A DNA stretch of 63,269 bases, filler included, from Choristocarpus tenellus KU-1152 (lineage: Eukaryota; Protista; Phaeophyceae): assembly GCA_964200185.2 (NCBI GenBank). It is 11 parts of 11 records of this genome, joined end to end, with 100 filler letters (N's around TTAATTAATTAA, not from the genome) between each part and the next. Parts side by side here need not be neighbours in the genome. Positions count along the whole stretch, not along the records: positions 17,919 to 24,720 come from CAXNAD020007315.1; positions 24,821 to 27,690 come from CAXNAD020024056.1; positions 27,791 to 31,991 come from CAXNAD020015727.1; positions 32,092 to 47,813 come from CAXNAD020000940.1; 7 more parts are not named here. One strand, given 5' to 3'. The translations under genes were made by a program, and so were the position numbers. Below, piece by piece: positions 22,422-36,226 of this stretch. The number at the start of each line of letters is the position of its first letter. Position 1 is the first letter of the stretch. Under the pieces are notes generated by a model that was not told the origin of the DNA, searched no databases, and was given only the letters and a program-made list of their open reading frames with translations.

Positions 22422-24173
22422 ATGCGCTTTCTCATACCTGTGGTTGTCCTTCTGCAAACCTGCTGCTGCTTCGTCCAAGGCAGCCTTATTCCTCTCCAGG
22501 CGTCTCCAGTTGTAGAGTCCACGGCGCTGAACTACGGTCGTAATGAAGATGGTGGGATGGTCCTTACTCAAGCGCGTGGGGGAGGTGGTAACAAATATCA
22601 GGTAGGTGGGGGTTGGGACTTAGACAACAGTTTTGCATATATTGAGATCTAGCTGCTTTGAAGCGAGTGGTACTGTCACAGGAAGGCATTGCATTCGCCT
22701 CAACAGGGTTCTTTCGTGCTACGAAATAATATATCATGCTTTGTGAAGTCGCTGATTAGGCTATCATCCTCTATACCCGTACTGCGATCATGGCCGGTTG
22801 ACAAAGGTGGATGGGTGACCCTTCGATGTATTATCTTAGTAACAGATCGCTATACGCATCGTTTGATTATCTGCGTTGCACCCCCTTGAAATTGACATAA
22901 ATTCCTTCCATATTGCTTGCCTATCACCTCCAGCAGAGCTCCAAAGTACTTGTCGACGCAGAGATTAAACTGCGCCCACGTGAGTCGTACCATTTTGCGC
23001 GTAAGACTTTCCATTTCTCGACTATCATGGCCTTCGCAATTACGTACAGCGCGTCTCTTCCCAGGAGTGAGTTTGTCCGTGGGATGATTGCTCTAGATTT
23101 CTGTGTCATTGCCGCAGAACTCATCAGACTGAGGGTACCCGCGGTCAACAACACCGCAAGAAGGTAAGCGTTGGAAGAACCCCCGTCTATTCATGCTTTC
23201 TCCTCATGCTGCACCCCTTCTCCCCCACTCGCAATCCCCCTGCTTAGTTCGAGGGGGGAAAACAGCAAGGTTATAGACTGGCGGTGTTATTTGGTGGGCC
23301 TCTACCTTGCTCTTTGAACTCGGGTGTGGGTGTTGGGTCTTGTCGTGTGACTATATTCACAATGGATACACATAGTTATTGGACAGTGTGCCACAACATA
23401 ATCTGAGGAATGTGCGCTCGGTTACTTGTTGTTCAGATCTCAATACGGTCAATGTAATACACTCAACTTCTGTGCATGTGATGGGACTATTGTACGTATA
23501 TTCCACCACTGATCTCCTTTTCCTATACCATGCAGATTCTTCGGCGCCGTCATGCGTGTCCATGAGCTCAAGAAGTTTAGTGGGATCATGTGAGCTGCCT
23601 GGGGTGAGGGAGGGGGCGACATGCCAGGCTCTTGTACTCGGGTTGAGGTATTTCATAGACGGGAGGTACACCTATGCTGTTGTGCTCACTGCAGATGACA
23701 CCCCAAGCTCTGGTGTTTTGAACCGTTCAACATTTTTCTAGTAGCAGCTGTAGTCACTTGCTTCCCTCTTTAGTCTTCTATACGCCCAGTGAAGCACAGT
23801 AAACCACAATTTGTCCTCCAGATCAATGAGCAGTGCAGTCAAGCTTTCCCCCTCGAAGTTGCTCCCTGTTTTTCATGCTCTCATCCTACCTTACTCATCC
23901 CCCTTGATCCTGCCAAGGATATTTGGGAACATCTATGAATTCCCGCTTAGTGTCAACTGTCAACCACTACGCACACTCTTTCCTTCATGCATTTCGGCAC
24001 TCTGTGACGCCCCTCACCTTCAATGCTGTTACTATCCCCTGCAGGTACTGCCTGGCAGGACTAGGAATCGCATCTGCCCTCTTCCCCAAGCACATTGCTC
24101 TCCTAGGCATGCTTCAACTGGCCCTCGGTGATCCCTTGGCAGCACTGTGTGGCCATGCCACCCGCTCTGTCAG
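22422..24173 (+). CDS. CTP-dependent lipid kinase (DGK1/dolichol/phytol-kinase, cytidylyltransferase-like family); 3' end missing
   Basis: Exons 22422-22601, 22934/22937-23163, 23536-23589 and 24045-24173 join in frame. Motifs ARKTFH, ELIRLRVP, FFGAVMRVHELKKFSGIMY and LQLALGDPLAALCG match Dgk1-type RKxFH, MRxxE and GDxxAAxxG. Confidence 0.85.
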
Positions 24174-25139
24174 GTATGTTGTGATATTTACTGGTCCCTT
24201 GACCGACTGACTGACCAAGGATAACCCTCAGAAGTTGCAAGTTTTCTGGTATCCATACCTACATAACCACACTATGCTGCCCTCACCCCCTGATCTAGTT
24301 GCGACATTGAAAGCGAAGTGCCTCCCAAAAGATGTTGCATGGAGGTAGTGTATCGACCATAACCTTTGCCTTGTGACTCAAAGGCTGCTCACGCCTTCGC
24401 AATGACAAGGGCATTTTTTAGTTTGCTTCTTTTTTTCTTTTTCTTGCCTTAATATAACACACGACCTTGCTCTGGTACTCCCAAATGTATTCCAAGGATG
24501 CTTAAATATATATGTAGAGTAACCGTAAGGGGGTAGGCTGTAGAAGGACAGCTCTACTGCAGCACCCCCTTCCTTGAAACTCACAATCTCCACTCAGGTC
24601 CATCCTGCCCTGAAACCATCCCCCATATACTTTTTCCCATCTTTACCCCATTATGCTAGTCCACTCCCCCCCCCCCCCCCCCCCCTCCCCCTCCTTTTTC
24701 CCCTTCCTCTCCCCCGCTCCNNNNNNNNNNNNNNNNNNNNNNNNNNNNNNNNNNNNNNNNNNNNTTAATTAATTAANNNNNNNNNNNNNNNNNNNNNNNN
24801 NNNNNNNNNNNNNNNNNNNNTGGACTCAATTCAACACAATAATCTCATATACACAAAATAAGGTACACCTCACTATTGTCCTATTTTGCACACTTTGATC
24901 CACAGTTCTAAAGGTTTTCCACCATTTGGGTGTGTTATTTACATGTGAGGGGGTGAACATACGAATAGATGGCACAAGATAACCCTCAATACACGTTAAG
25001 TCATATGCACACAAGGAGGAGAGTTCTACTTGAATGTTTTTTGCTGATGTCGTTTGTTGTGGTGGTATTGTCGGTTTTGGGGGGTCTTGTGTAAGTTAGG
25101 GGCCAGCAGCACAGTTGCAGCATTAATTGTGTGAGTTAG

Positions 25140-25660
25140 GGTGCCATTTGCCTTATCAGTACTCCTGGACTCTAATTGGGTCGCCATGCTGGCACATCAT
25201 TGCAAGTATCCCCAAGTGGTACAGCTTTATCTATATTGGTGGTGAGCTTAAGCAACACTTATTTCCCTAGGATATGGGCGGCCAACTCATCGAGGAGGTT
25301 CTTTTCTTGCACACCAGAGCGCCCAAGAGTTTCGATCACCAAGGTCTTGAGATAAAAGCTGCGAGGATCAAAAATAATCTTTACAGTGGGTGTGCCTTCG
25401 CAGCTCAGCTACAACACCAATGACAACATTACTGGTTGGATGAGTTGACCAGGTGGCAGGCTGCCTGGACCTCTGCAAAGGTGACATCCAGAAGAAGAAG
25501 ACCTTCGTCATGAAAGGGGGCTAAGCCAGCGTCCAATAAAGCTAGCATGGAACACCGCATTCATGCGGAAATTCCTGTCCACCGTGAACAGGTTGGCATC
25601 CTCTACTGTGCAAGGGATGACCATTGCGTTGCAGATTTGAACTAACCGTTTCACCATGGG
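25140..25660 (-). mobile_element. Non-LTR retrotransposon relic, restriction-like endonuclease region
   Basis: Minus strand reads LLLDVTFAE (~25475-25500) and FDPRSFYLKTLVIETLGRSG...LLDELAAHILG (~25265-25375), resembling the C-terminal RLE domain of CRE/R2-like elements. Confidence 0.55.
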
Positions 25661-26049
25661 TGTGTGTTGACTAACCTGTCCTCCCACCCTAGGGCAGGTT
25701 CAAGCATATCTTGTGACTTATTCTGGCCACCAGGCACCTGTTTGAGAAGGCCTCTTCTTTACCAAGTTGAGGAGGCAGACATCCTCTTTGTTTCCGCCTC
25801 GTTCAAATGTTATGTTGAGGACTATGAACACTTCATCTATGTTTTTTTTAGGTGCTCGAAAGCAACTATGGCTATGGTTTTAATTTTCCTCGTGGGTATG
25901 GACATGTCGTGGAGGAAGCTCTGGGGTAGTTTCCATGAGGTCTAGATGTGGACCACCGGGTCTGCTGAGGCCCTTTGACCGTGGTCAGACATCAAAAGCA
26001 AAGCGAGGGGCTAAGGGGCTCTCTTCGTTATGCCCCCGTCCTTGAGGTT

Positions 26050-26450
26050 ATGACTTCCATTCCTTCCCCATTGTAGGAGAAAAGAAGACCATGTGCACCG
26101 TTGTATACCTTCACCACACGCGACAGCTGAAATACAGTTAGTAGGGCGTCGATCCATGATCCATCTTCCTCATCTTGACGCTCGTGATATATGTCCCAAA
26201 TTCGTGTGGGTAAATAAATTTCGAATTTATAATCAAGAGCATAAAAGCCGCAGGAAGCATACCTTCTCGGCCTTTTGGCTAAGATCATGTGTAGTATCTG
26301 TTCTATCTAGTGTGAAAACTAGATGATCTCCAATGGAGATCAAATTTCACACCTGTTTTTGAAATCGCTGGGTAAGGTGTCGCTTGCTTCGCTCCAGTTG
26401 GATTTCCTTGGTATTACACTACATACAGCCAAGTGAGGTCGTCCCTTCGG
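26050..26450 (-). mobile_element. Possible Copia integrase C-terminal relic
   Basis: KAEKVCF and GFYALDYKFEIYLP...DIYHER resemble the KAxxxxFVGY...YRIY...SRDV block; highly degenerate. Confidence 0.35.
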
Positions 26451-27049
26451 GGACAAAAACAATAAACCATAAACACCACCACTCCAGCTCCACCCCAACC
26501 GCCTCCCTGTCACGTCGTGGGAACTACCTCCTCCTCCCTAGTGCTAGGAGGCGTGCAAAAACTGACCAGTTAGCCGTCCGTCCTATCTTTAGAGTGACGT
26601 GTTGCTAAGTATTTTGGTCTCTTGTGATTGCCTTTGGGTACACATTCTTCAGGACCTCTGGAGATTGATTTGCGCTTCCTGTGTGGATCAACATTTGCCT
26701 CCTGTTCTTTGGGTCCCATTTCAGGCATGGGAAATGGGATCTCAGCCGGAGGATTCAAAAGGCTCTAGATACGGATATTCACAAGGTTCACAACACGCCA
26801 AGGCCATGAGCATGGTCAAACGTCCCTTACCAATGTGATAAACATCTGCAAGCAGTCCATCCAACCGTCATGGTTCCGGAGGCAACTGGATAGTATGTTT
26901 GAGGAGATGACATTGAAAAGTCTGGTTGAGTGTAAGTATGAAACTGGTCAGGTACGTGCAAGAGGTCATTTTACTGTGTAATGTGAGGACTGTGTATTTA
27001 GTTGTGAGAATGTACCAGACTGAGTCAAGGCATTTAAGAGGGTGGGGTT

Positions 27050-27263
27050 GCGTCCATTTGGGATTATAAATCCAATGTTGCGATGTTGATGAATTTTAGC
27101 TATCGTCTTTGTAGCAAGTCTCAATATCCTTGCTCCGGACACACCTTTCATAGTTATATACATTATACGTATCTGTGTTCACACAGAAAACCGAAAAGGG
27201 GCATAAAAAAGAAGTGGGAAGCCAAGCTCTGGCAAAATTCTTACTCTCTAAGATACTTTCATC
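27050..27263 (+). mobile_element. MITE family B, degenerate
   Basis: gcgtccatttggg...atccaatgttgcgat...tctctaagatactttcatc. Confidence 0.75.
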
Positions 27264-29166
27264 TTCTCATCAACCCTGCTGGAGACATGGGTCATCAATG
27301 GCGATCAGTTTGTACACCCCACCTTTTTTTGGGTGACCCCTGGTCGAAATCTTCGCGTATTATGAAGATCCGTCACCAAATCCTACTGCTGGGTATATGT
27401 TACAGCCGCCCCTCAATGCTCACCTTCCAGGATGTACAACTCAAGTTCAATTCACAAATTATCGAACGTCAGCTCAGCAGAACAATAGTACTTTCAGGTG
27501 AATCAAATAGCACAAGGTAAGTGTGTAAAAATGGTATCAGTAAGAGAGAACTGAATAAGTAGGACCCTCTGGGTCAGAAGAACTGAGCCGTTTGGAGTCG
27601 TTCTTAGGATCTCTTATCATCATTTACCGTTGGGGCTTCTTTGGTTTACAAACATTGGAATATATTTGAGAACCTTTGCAACCTTTCCATNNNNNNNNNN
27701 NNNNNNNNNNNNNNNNNNNNNNNNNNNNNNNNNNTTAATTAATTAANNNNNNNNNNNNNNNNNNNNNNNNNNNNNNNNNNNNNNNNNNNNTATACACATA
27801 TGTATATAGTTTTCATTGGTTTCCCCCTGACACATCTGCAAAATGTCAGAGGGCATAATAAAATAAAAAATAATAATGATGTGTGAGGCGGGGACCTCTG
27901 TTGTGACAGGGTTAAGAGGAGAACAGGGGCCTGTGCTGCAGGTAGGGGTTTTATTATTTGTGTAACTACACTAATATGATGTGCTCCGTATTTTTTGTAT
28001 AGGAAGCACTATACGAAGTAATAATTATAGTACATGTCAGAAGATAGAATTCAAATATTACTTGCCGCACACATTTCGTAGACTCTTTGTCATTCAAGGA
28101 CTTGGGAGAATAGGTAGTAGTGAAAGTTTGAACGGTTATATATGTAAGGAGGTTTGTTCGGGACACAGGTGGCCAAGTAAGTTTATGGGGGTACCCCAAC
28201 TCGAATCAATTATTCTGACCTTCAAGAACCGCAGATTTCAAAAATTGAGGATGGAGCTTTTCATTGAAGATGGGCTTGACCCAAAATTGACTGGGAGAAA
28301 GTATCGATATCTTTTTTTTATATGAACACTAAAACTATATAAAAATATAACAAGAACGTCATCCACAACAACAGGAAATATGAAGAGTGAGTAGGTTGTC
28401 CCTACAAACCTTCTTACTACGCTGTAAATCATGAATACCTCTCCCGTCATGAATAATACAACTGCAGTTCCTTTCCCACCTTTGTTGGGGTAAGGTTAAT
28501 TCGAAAAATAGAGTTAAATAATAATGTTCAACAACAAGTAGTAGCAGTGGATAATTTAGTGTTTGTATGAATGGTAATTGGCAAAATGGTTGGATTGAAA
28601 GGGTGTAACATAGTAGTATTGAGGGGTGAGGGGTGCAATGATCAACTTAGAACTCTTCATAACTTGTCAATCCACATTCGAGATTCTAGGTTCAGATGAT
28701 TTTGGAAGGAGATAAGTGTTACCTGTTATCTATGGACTAATCCAAAGAAAGTATTAAATAAATTAGTGGTATATATCCTTATCAGGAAAATAATAAAAAG
28801 TGAAACTTCAGGTGATTTGTTGATGTGTTGGTGGAGTTGTGTTTAACTCTTATCTGTACAGCATAGATAGTGGGTGACGAAGCGTACAGGTAACCCGTAG
28901 AGAGTTGAGGATGAGTTGGGATAGGATAGAGATGGGTTGAGATCTGGCTTAATAACACTGGGCAGATCCCTGTTTACTCTGATATGGCGGTGGAACCGAT
29001 TATTCGAAGATTTGGAGATAGGTCTTCTTGTCTTTATAGGGAGTTTGTTGTTACACTTGATGTCCCTCTTCCAAACCACAAGAACACTATCGCTCGTGGA
29101 CCGTTCAAATAATGCACCCAGTTCCCCCATTCTCATTCTGGTGGTCTGAATGCGCGTAGATACTGG

Positions 29167-31991
29167 ATGTTCCAACATATAGGGCAGCCCCAGATCCGTG
29201 GCAAGTACTCCAGGCACCTTCACTATGGCGTTGGGCGCCCACCGAATAGAACAGCCACCGCTGACGGTGCGGATGTTGCTGCATCGACATTGCCGGTGGA
29301 AAGGACGGCACCGAAGCAATTCAAACGACTCGTGAATTGTCCATTGCCTGCTGCGATCTCGTTGCTCGCAATACTAGCAATGGGGATCCATGGACCGCAA
29401 GGAGCGTTAGCTCAAAGCACAAGTTCGATGGAGGAACCCTCCAGCGATCTGCCTGCCTGGCGGCAGGTGATCAACTATGCGTTGATAATATTGCTGGTCA
29501 TGATGTCTGGGCTGTTCTCTGGGCTAACCCTAGGTCTCCTGGGACTTGACAAAATCGGACTGGAGATCATCTGTAACGGTGATGACCCCACAGCGGCGGG
29601 GTACGCCAAGGTGAGGGTCACTGCCCTTTAACTATGGACCAGGAGGAAGGTACCTTGTGGAAAATGAATTAATATGAGGGTGGCGTAGACTTTTGTCTGT
29701 TAAAGACCATTTCATTATCATTCCTCTTGTTGTGCTTGAGGATTGCAAATATGCGATCCTGAGGATCATGAGGAGCATGTACTATGATAGCATAGGAATT
29801 GAGACACTTACGCAAAACCAACACCGCACCATGTGCGCACGAACTAGATTATACCGTGCCCCTTCGAAGTAGCGAAAAGCTCGTCGACCTTCCCCGCAAG
29901 TCATGAGAAGTCAGGAGAGGAGGTCAAATATTTACATTTCTATCTTGGCCACAAAAAATCTTCGTATGGCCTGCGTTCGCGACTCTTTTGTCTCTGGTTC
30001 CATTTCCTTGTGCTCGCGAAATTAATGTGATAACCTGTGGTGACGAGCAGAAAATTGAACCCGTGCGGGCAAATGGCAACCTCCTCTTGTGCACATTGCT
30101 GCTTGGAAATGTGGGGGTGAACGCTCTGTTGTCCATCATCCTGGCCGACCTCACCTCAGGCCTTGTGGGATTTGCACTATCAACATCTGTCATTACATTG
30201 TTTGGCGAGATTCTTCCTCAGGTATGTGTTGCATTGAATGTATTTTGATATAGATTTTAGCTTCCTATTGAAATTCACCATTTTGGTGTCTCAAGCACAT
30301 GTGAAGATTAACCTGACTGTCAACAGTATCTAGGGAATGCCCTTCAACAGAGCTGGGCGTGTCTGGGTGAAGGGATTGTGTTGACTCAGTCACCAACTCG
30401 ATGGGATCAAAGTAGGCTTAAAAAGTCTCTCTTGATTGGTGAAGCGATTTTTTTGGGGGAGGAGGTTAACAAATCACAATACGCTGGGTGATATGGTACG
30501 ATTCTTCACAAATGGCTCAGAGGGTTAGCGGCAATTGTGCTCTGTGGTGAATAGAGAGATTGATGATGGTTGGTGGTTGGAGAGGAGTTGAGGGCTTTCC
30601 CCTGGCTGAGGACGGAGTTGGGATATTGAGACAGTATGTTGTGATTTGTGGCTTACAGCTTTTCGTCGCGCTTTGTTCTGAGAACGGTACTCCTATATAT
30701 GTCCATATCAGATCTGGGCATCTCAGCCTGAGTGCCAGACTGTCTGGTTCGCAAGTTTCGCCTCTTGTGTTATTTCTCAGTCAGGCTGGGATACCCAGTT
30801 TTGGAATGGATGTTTGGAAAGATTGCTCTCTGTGCCAGGGGGAAGGAGAACTGCCCACTGTGTTTGGCAATGGGTATGCCTCACCCTTGAGGTTATTTTT
30901 GTCCCTGCCAAGCTGTTTACTTTTTGGGTTTGATTAGTGCTGTTTTCGAGTTGATGGTGTGGGTCGTATCTCCTACAATCTACATGGTTTGTTGTTGGGT
31001 AACCTTGCAATTAGCTCCCTGTCACATCTACACAAGTGCCTTCACCACTGCTCACATGGACGGTAGCAGGACCTAGGTTGATGCTGTGCTGGACATGTAA
31101 GTGATGGGTGCACACGTGCCTCCGTTGTTGTGGACTGTCCTTCTCCATCGCACCCCCCACTCCCCACCTTATCTCCCTGCCCAATGTCTATCTATGTGCG
31201 TAGCGATCATGAGCAACTTTGGTGTATGCCCAGTGTGGAATTCATTGTTGTACGTGTATTGAGTACATATTATTATTGTTGTTGTGAGAAAGGTCTTACT
31301 TCAAGGGATCCCCTATGTAAGCCGTGGTCCTTGAACTCCAGAGCGTGTGTTTTGAAGGAAAATGTTAGTAGTCTGATCAATTGAATCATATGCTTTGCTT
31401 TACTGCAGTGCAATTTCCCCTGGTTTTTCCCAAGCGTTGCCGAGGACATAGCCGCCTGCCTCTAAGAGTCTTTTGCTTGACCATGCAATGCGGAACATCA
31501 TACACGGTTTTGTTCCACTGATCACTGAAATGTAGCTGAGTATGATCGTGGGCACCTTGTAGATGTACAAATGTAGCTGAAGAAGATGGACTCAACTCGA
31601 CTTCTAGTTTTCTAGTTTCCCATCACAACTTCTAGTTGACAAACACGATACTCGATAAGACATTTCAGAAGTGTGACTCTGTGAGTACCAATGATTGTTT
31701 ATGGCGTACACATCATCATTTTGCCAAAGTAGTATACTTCCTGAGTACCCTTACATGCGAGCTGAAAATGCTCGGAACATCACCCTCCTCCTCTCACGCT
31801 TGTGACTCGATCCCCAGCACGCCAGCCTCATGCGCAGATAGATACAAGTGCCAATTCTGGGGCCATGTGTGTGTGTGTGTCCGCCTCTTTTTCTCACGGT
31901 TCCCTCTCCTCTTGTCCGGAGCAGGCCGTTTGCTCCCGCCATGCTCTGCGCATTGGGGCCAAGGTGGTACCGGTCGTGAGGGTCATTATCG
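29167..31991 (+). CDS. CNNM/DUF21 (CorB-like) metal transporter, 5' part
   Basis: Exons 29167-29610, 30051-30221 and 31925-31991 (contig end): SGLFSGLTLGLLGLD...KIEPVRANGNLLLCTLLLGNVGVNA...FGEILPQ|AVCSRHALRIGA, the DUF21 signature. Start codon uncertain. Confidence 0.92.
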
Positions 31992-32146
31992 NNNNNNNNN
32001 NNNNNNNNNNNNNNNNNNNNNNNNNNNNNNNNNNNTTAATTAATTAANNNNNNNNNNNNNNNNNNNNNNNNNNNNNNNNNNNNNNNNNNNNGGATCAAGC
32101 CCATCCTCAATGAAAAGCTCCATCCTCAATTTTTGAAATCGGCTGT

Positions 32147-33110
32147 TCACTACTGTGTTTGCTGCAGTGAACCCGAAGCAATTGCGTAAGGAGCAGGAAT
32201 CCGAGTTCAGACTATATTTCAGGTATTTGTAGTCCCCCAACGTCGCCCCACCACCTGATAAAGAATCAACAACGTCAATGTCGTACTTTTCGCTTCGTAA
32301 TGGCTTACTGTATCATTTGTATTTACCAGGCCATCTTCGTATGATGAGCACATTTGAAGATCAGTTGGTCGTTCCTCACTCGTTAGTTCGTCTTGTACTC
32401 TATGCTTGTCATGACCATGCATTATCTGCAGGCCACTTAGGTTTCAAACCCACATTCGATAAGGTTAGAGACTCGTATGGGTGGGCTAACATTCAATATC
32501 ATCGTTGGTACATGGTGTTGTGATTGTCAAGCATGCCAAACGCGTAAGACTGTTCATAAGAAATCTACACTTCTCACTGGCCATACGCCCGTTGACAGAT
32601 CATTTCAACTTGTTGCTATTGATTTAGTAGAATACAAATCACATTCCCCAGCATCAAATGGTGTCATGTGCTCATATGCATTGTCTGCCATTGATCATCT
32701 CACTCGTTTTGTTGTGCTGAGCCCTGTTCCAAATAATGAGGCTGCGACAATTGCTCGTTCACTGGTAGAACGTGTATTTTCAATTTTGGTCCACCTGAGT
32801 CATTACACTCTGATCAAGGTACCGAATTTGAAAACAGTATTGTTGCAGAGTTGCAGTCTGTCTTTGGTTACAAGAAAACCAAAACCGCACCATATCACCC
32901 CCAAGGAAATTCTGTGTCGGAGAGGGTACATGCCACGTTGCATTCTATGCTAGCAATGTGAATCTCTGTTGCTGAGGATAACTGGGCATCATTATTGCCT
33001 TTCGTACAATCAGCCCGTAACACAGCATTCAGTGCAAGTTGCATGAAAACCCGATTTTCCTTCTGTTTGGAAGACAAGCTTGTTTACCTGTTAACATTAT
33101 CCTTTGTTCG
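32147..33110 (+). mobile_element. Ty3/Gypsy integrase relic
   Basis: H2C2 zinc finger (CHDHALSAGHLG...CQACQ), AIDL, IDHLTRF, then GPPESLHSDQGTEFEN and TAPYHPQGNSVSER after frameshifts. Confidence 0.9.
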
Positions 33111-33816
33111 TGTTTCATTGACCTTGCAGACAAGAGCTCTCTCCCCTCAATGATAAAATTTTAATGCAACATTGAGGGATCCACAAACAACACAATAGAC
33201 TATTTGAGATTATTAAGCTTTTTTCAGCAGGGCTTGTCTCCAGCAAAAGGAATCCATGGATAACAGAAAATTCCAGTTTCATTTCACCGCAGAGAATTGA
33301 TTGACCTACAAATTTTGAAGTTCGAAATTCTACCTTGCCCCTCAATATTTCAATGAGGTTAAAAAATATCTTCCCGCAAACAATGAAATTGCCTGTCGAA
33401 TGTGCAATTTAGAAATCAAAGTATAATGATAAGAATTTGAGCCTCTACCCCTACCTTGATGCTCGCAGTACGTAAGATGCGAAACAAATTTCGAAGTTTG
33501 ATATAAAAAATATTAAAACGATATTTAACACAACAAAGGACTTAAAGGCAGCTGAAATTAAACCAACAGTTAGACACACAGTCAACCCATGCTAAACCTG
33601 AAGCAAACATTATTGATAAGACACGGAAATCCATTACACCATATTATCTGTACCATATCAGCCCAGTCCAGCCTTAATACTCTGCGAAAAGGCAATGGCA
33701 ACAAGAAACTTGAAATAAGACGCCAATGCCAAAGGTGGTTGGAACTTGCGATGTGGGCATCATGAGGACATCAACCGAAGCTTGATTGAAGATGTTTTCT
33801 TAGGAATGCCAATTTT

Positions 33817-34319
33817 ACTCAAGTATCTGGGGGGCTGGTGGCGGCTGTCCTAATTTTTTTGTCACGATTTTTGTGTGATTTGGTGGCGTACATCGGATGG
33901 ATAATGTAAGTGCACTTTTCCTGGTTATGGCCCAAAGCGGACACCCAGGTGCAGAACCTGTGCGTAGATAGTGCTGCTGACACACTATAGACACCATGGG
34001 TGGAGTAATGGATTAAAGGTAGAGCCAGATATTTGTTTCCGTATATTTCAGTTGAACTCTACACAACAGTCATATATGGTAAGTAGATATGATTCTTTTC
34101 TGATTATCCATGTGGACATTGCAAATCCCACATGATAGTCTACACTGGTCTCACCCACATACTCAGTAAGCGGAATCGAGACCACAAGCCCCTTGCAATA
34201 CTAACTTTGTTCATCTACATCAAGCTGTTATTTGTCCTTCACAAAAGCACCCTAAAAGCCACGGGTCCAGTGTGGGATAGTTCGACAGACCCCCCCTCCC
34301 CCCCAAGATACTTTGGATC
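33817..34319 (-). mobile_element. MITE family A split by a nested insertion
   Basis: 33817-33958 and 34288-34319 together rebuild a reverse-oriented family A copy. Confidence 0.75.
33959..34287. mobile_element. Probable solo LTR (329 bp)
   Basis: Starts TGTGCG, ends TCGACA, and is flanked by gaacc/gaccc (5-bp TSD, one mismatch) inside a MITE whose empty-site sequence is known from other copies. Confidence 0.55.
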
Positions 34320-34660
34320 TTTTCAGCACCAACACAAACACTACCATGGAACAGTCATACATGCTTTGGCAGGTGTAAACCCAGGAATAAACAGAGTCCG
34401 CTACACCTCTTGGATTGATAGAGCTCTAAATATTTGGAAATTAACTACATGCATCTGATATTCACCAAGTTCTAAGAACGCATCTCATATTGGAATAAAG
34501 CACGTGCACCTGACAGTACCAAAAGAACATTCTATAGAATCATTTCACCTTCAAGACGACAAAAGATTGCATAAAACAAAACAAAATATATCATTCCACT
34601 TTTGCCCCACTTTCATCAGTGACAATGAAGCTAATATTTGCTGACTTGTTCAAGAGTCAA

Positions 34661-34913
34661 TCATTTGCCCTCCCCATGGCAGATATGGTGGAGCATGAGG
34701 TATGTGGACATGCGTAGTTGCACACTCCCTGCATGTAGGCCATCTGGGATGTACAGCCCCCAGGCGGCCGTCATGGACAACCAATCTATCTCTACCCACC
34801 CCCTTGGCTCCAACACCTGTCGCAAGGCTGCACTATACATTATGCCCTTCTCTAACACGCAATGGGGTTGTCGTTCACTGGTCATTGCTGGTGCGGACAG
34901 CCAGAAGCGGTAT
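34661..34913 (-). CDS. Terminal exon of an SGNH/PC-esterase (NXPE/TBL-like) protein
   Basis: aatatAG acceptor, then YRFWLSAP...YSAALRQVLEPRGWVEIDWLSMTAAWGLYIPDGLH...MLHHIC, with catalytic-type DxxH and C-terminal LxxIC. Confidence 0.65.
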
Positions 34914-35985
34914 CTATATTGATGCCGATTTTTTTTTACCAAGCCCATGTCGAGGAAGGCAGAGTAAATTTCGGGGGGGGGTTGGGGGTTGAGGAGAATA
35001 TGGATAAGAGGATGGATTGAAGAAACAGAAGTTGTTGTGGCATATGAGTTAGGGATAGGGTTGACTAGATACAATGTATGGATGAGATGTGTCTTTCCAA
35101 CTCATCTTTTTCTCTCTCTTCTCAAGGATGTGTAGATACGATGGCTGAAAATGCAACTATTAAGATATTGGTGCGTAATCATCAGGCATTGCTTTACTTC
35201 TAAATGCTACCTAGCATTAATCAAGAGTACTGAAGCCACTTGTATTAAAGCCACCTCTTGGGGGGATTGCCAAAGGCTTGGGAGAAAGCAAAGAGTGGCA
35301 CTGAAGTGACGCCAACCAGATAGGCTGGGATGCCATCCATCTTCAGCGAGGAGATTGGAGCATGAGCTGGGCGGCATTGACAGGGCTGACAGCTCAATCA
35401 AAATTAAAGATAATGATTGAACCTGTGAGATGTTTTTCAGGGGATTATGATCAAGGACCATCATTCTGCAATTTTTCCAGAAGAATGGAGGTGGCAACAG
35501 TCAACGGGGGATGGTTGGAAAGCTTGACAAACTGATAACCACAAAGGATCTCAATTATGAGTTCGGTGATTTGATATATCCTTAACTGCAAGTTAGCTAG
35601 ACATTTTTGTCATGTCATGTTCCTCACAGCCAAAGACCTAGGGTACAGCAAAAATTATCGTGAAGAATCTCATGTCTGCTACTGAGGTGTGGGGGCAATT
35701 CATTCACATTTTGCCTCAAAATTTCAAGCATAAAGACTTGAATTGGAGATCCATGAGATACAGGTGAGTGTTTGGCACACATTATCATTCGCATCAACAG
35801 ATTCATGTTGGAGATGAAGAGCATCCTGGTCCTGTTCCTGACGACGCCCATATACTTGCATTTTGGAAGGTCCTCCATAAAGAATGCCTCCAAAATGACG
35901 AGGGTTAATGGTGCCGACAGGAAATCATATTTGGTACTGGGATGTGTTATGTGTGAGAAAGGTAGCTAGACTTAAACCCTTAGAA

Positions 35986-36226
35986 GAGTCAAAGTATCTT
36001 AGAGGGTAGAACCGCGTCCATTTAAGTGTCAAAATTTAATGTTGCGATTTTTATGTGATTTTGGCTATTGTGTTTGTTAGGAAGTGTCAATATCCTTGTT
36101 CCAAACACATCTTTTCAGAACATATGCATTTTACCTCCTCCAAAATGTTTCAGAGTATGGAAATGTCATAAAACAAAAACCCGTAGGAAGCCAAGTCGCA
36201 AATGAACAAACAGGGCAATTTACGTA
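35986..36226 (+). mobile_element. MITE family B, right end lost
   Basis: gagtcaaagtatcttagagggtagaaccgcgtcc..., colinear with other copies. Confidence 0.85.
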
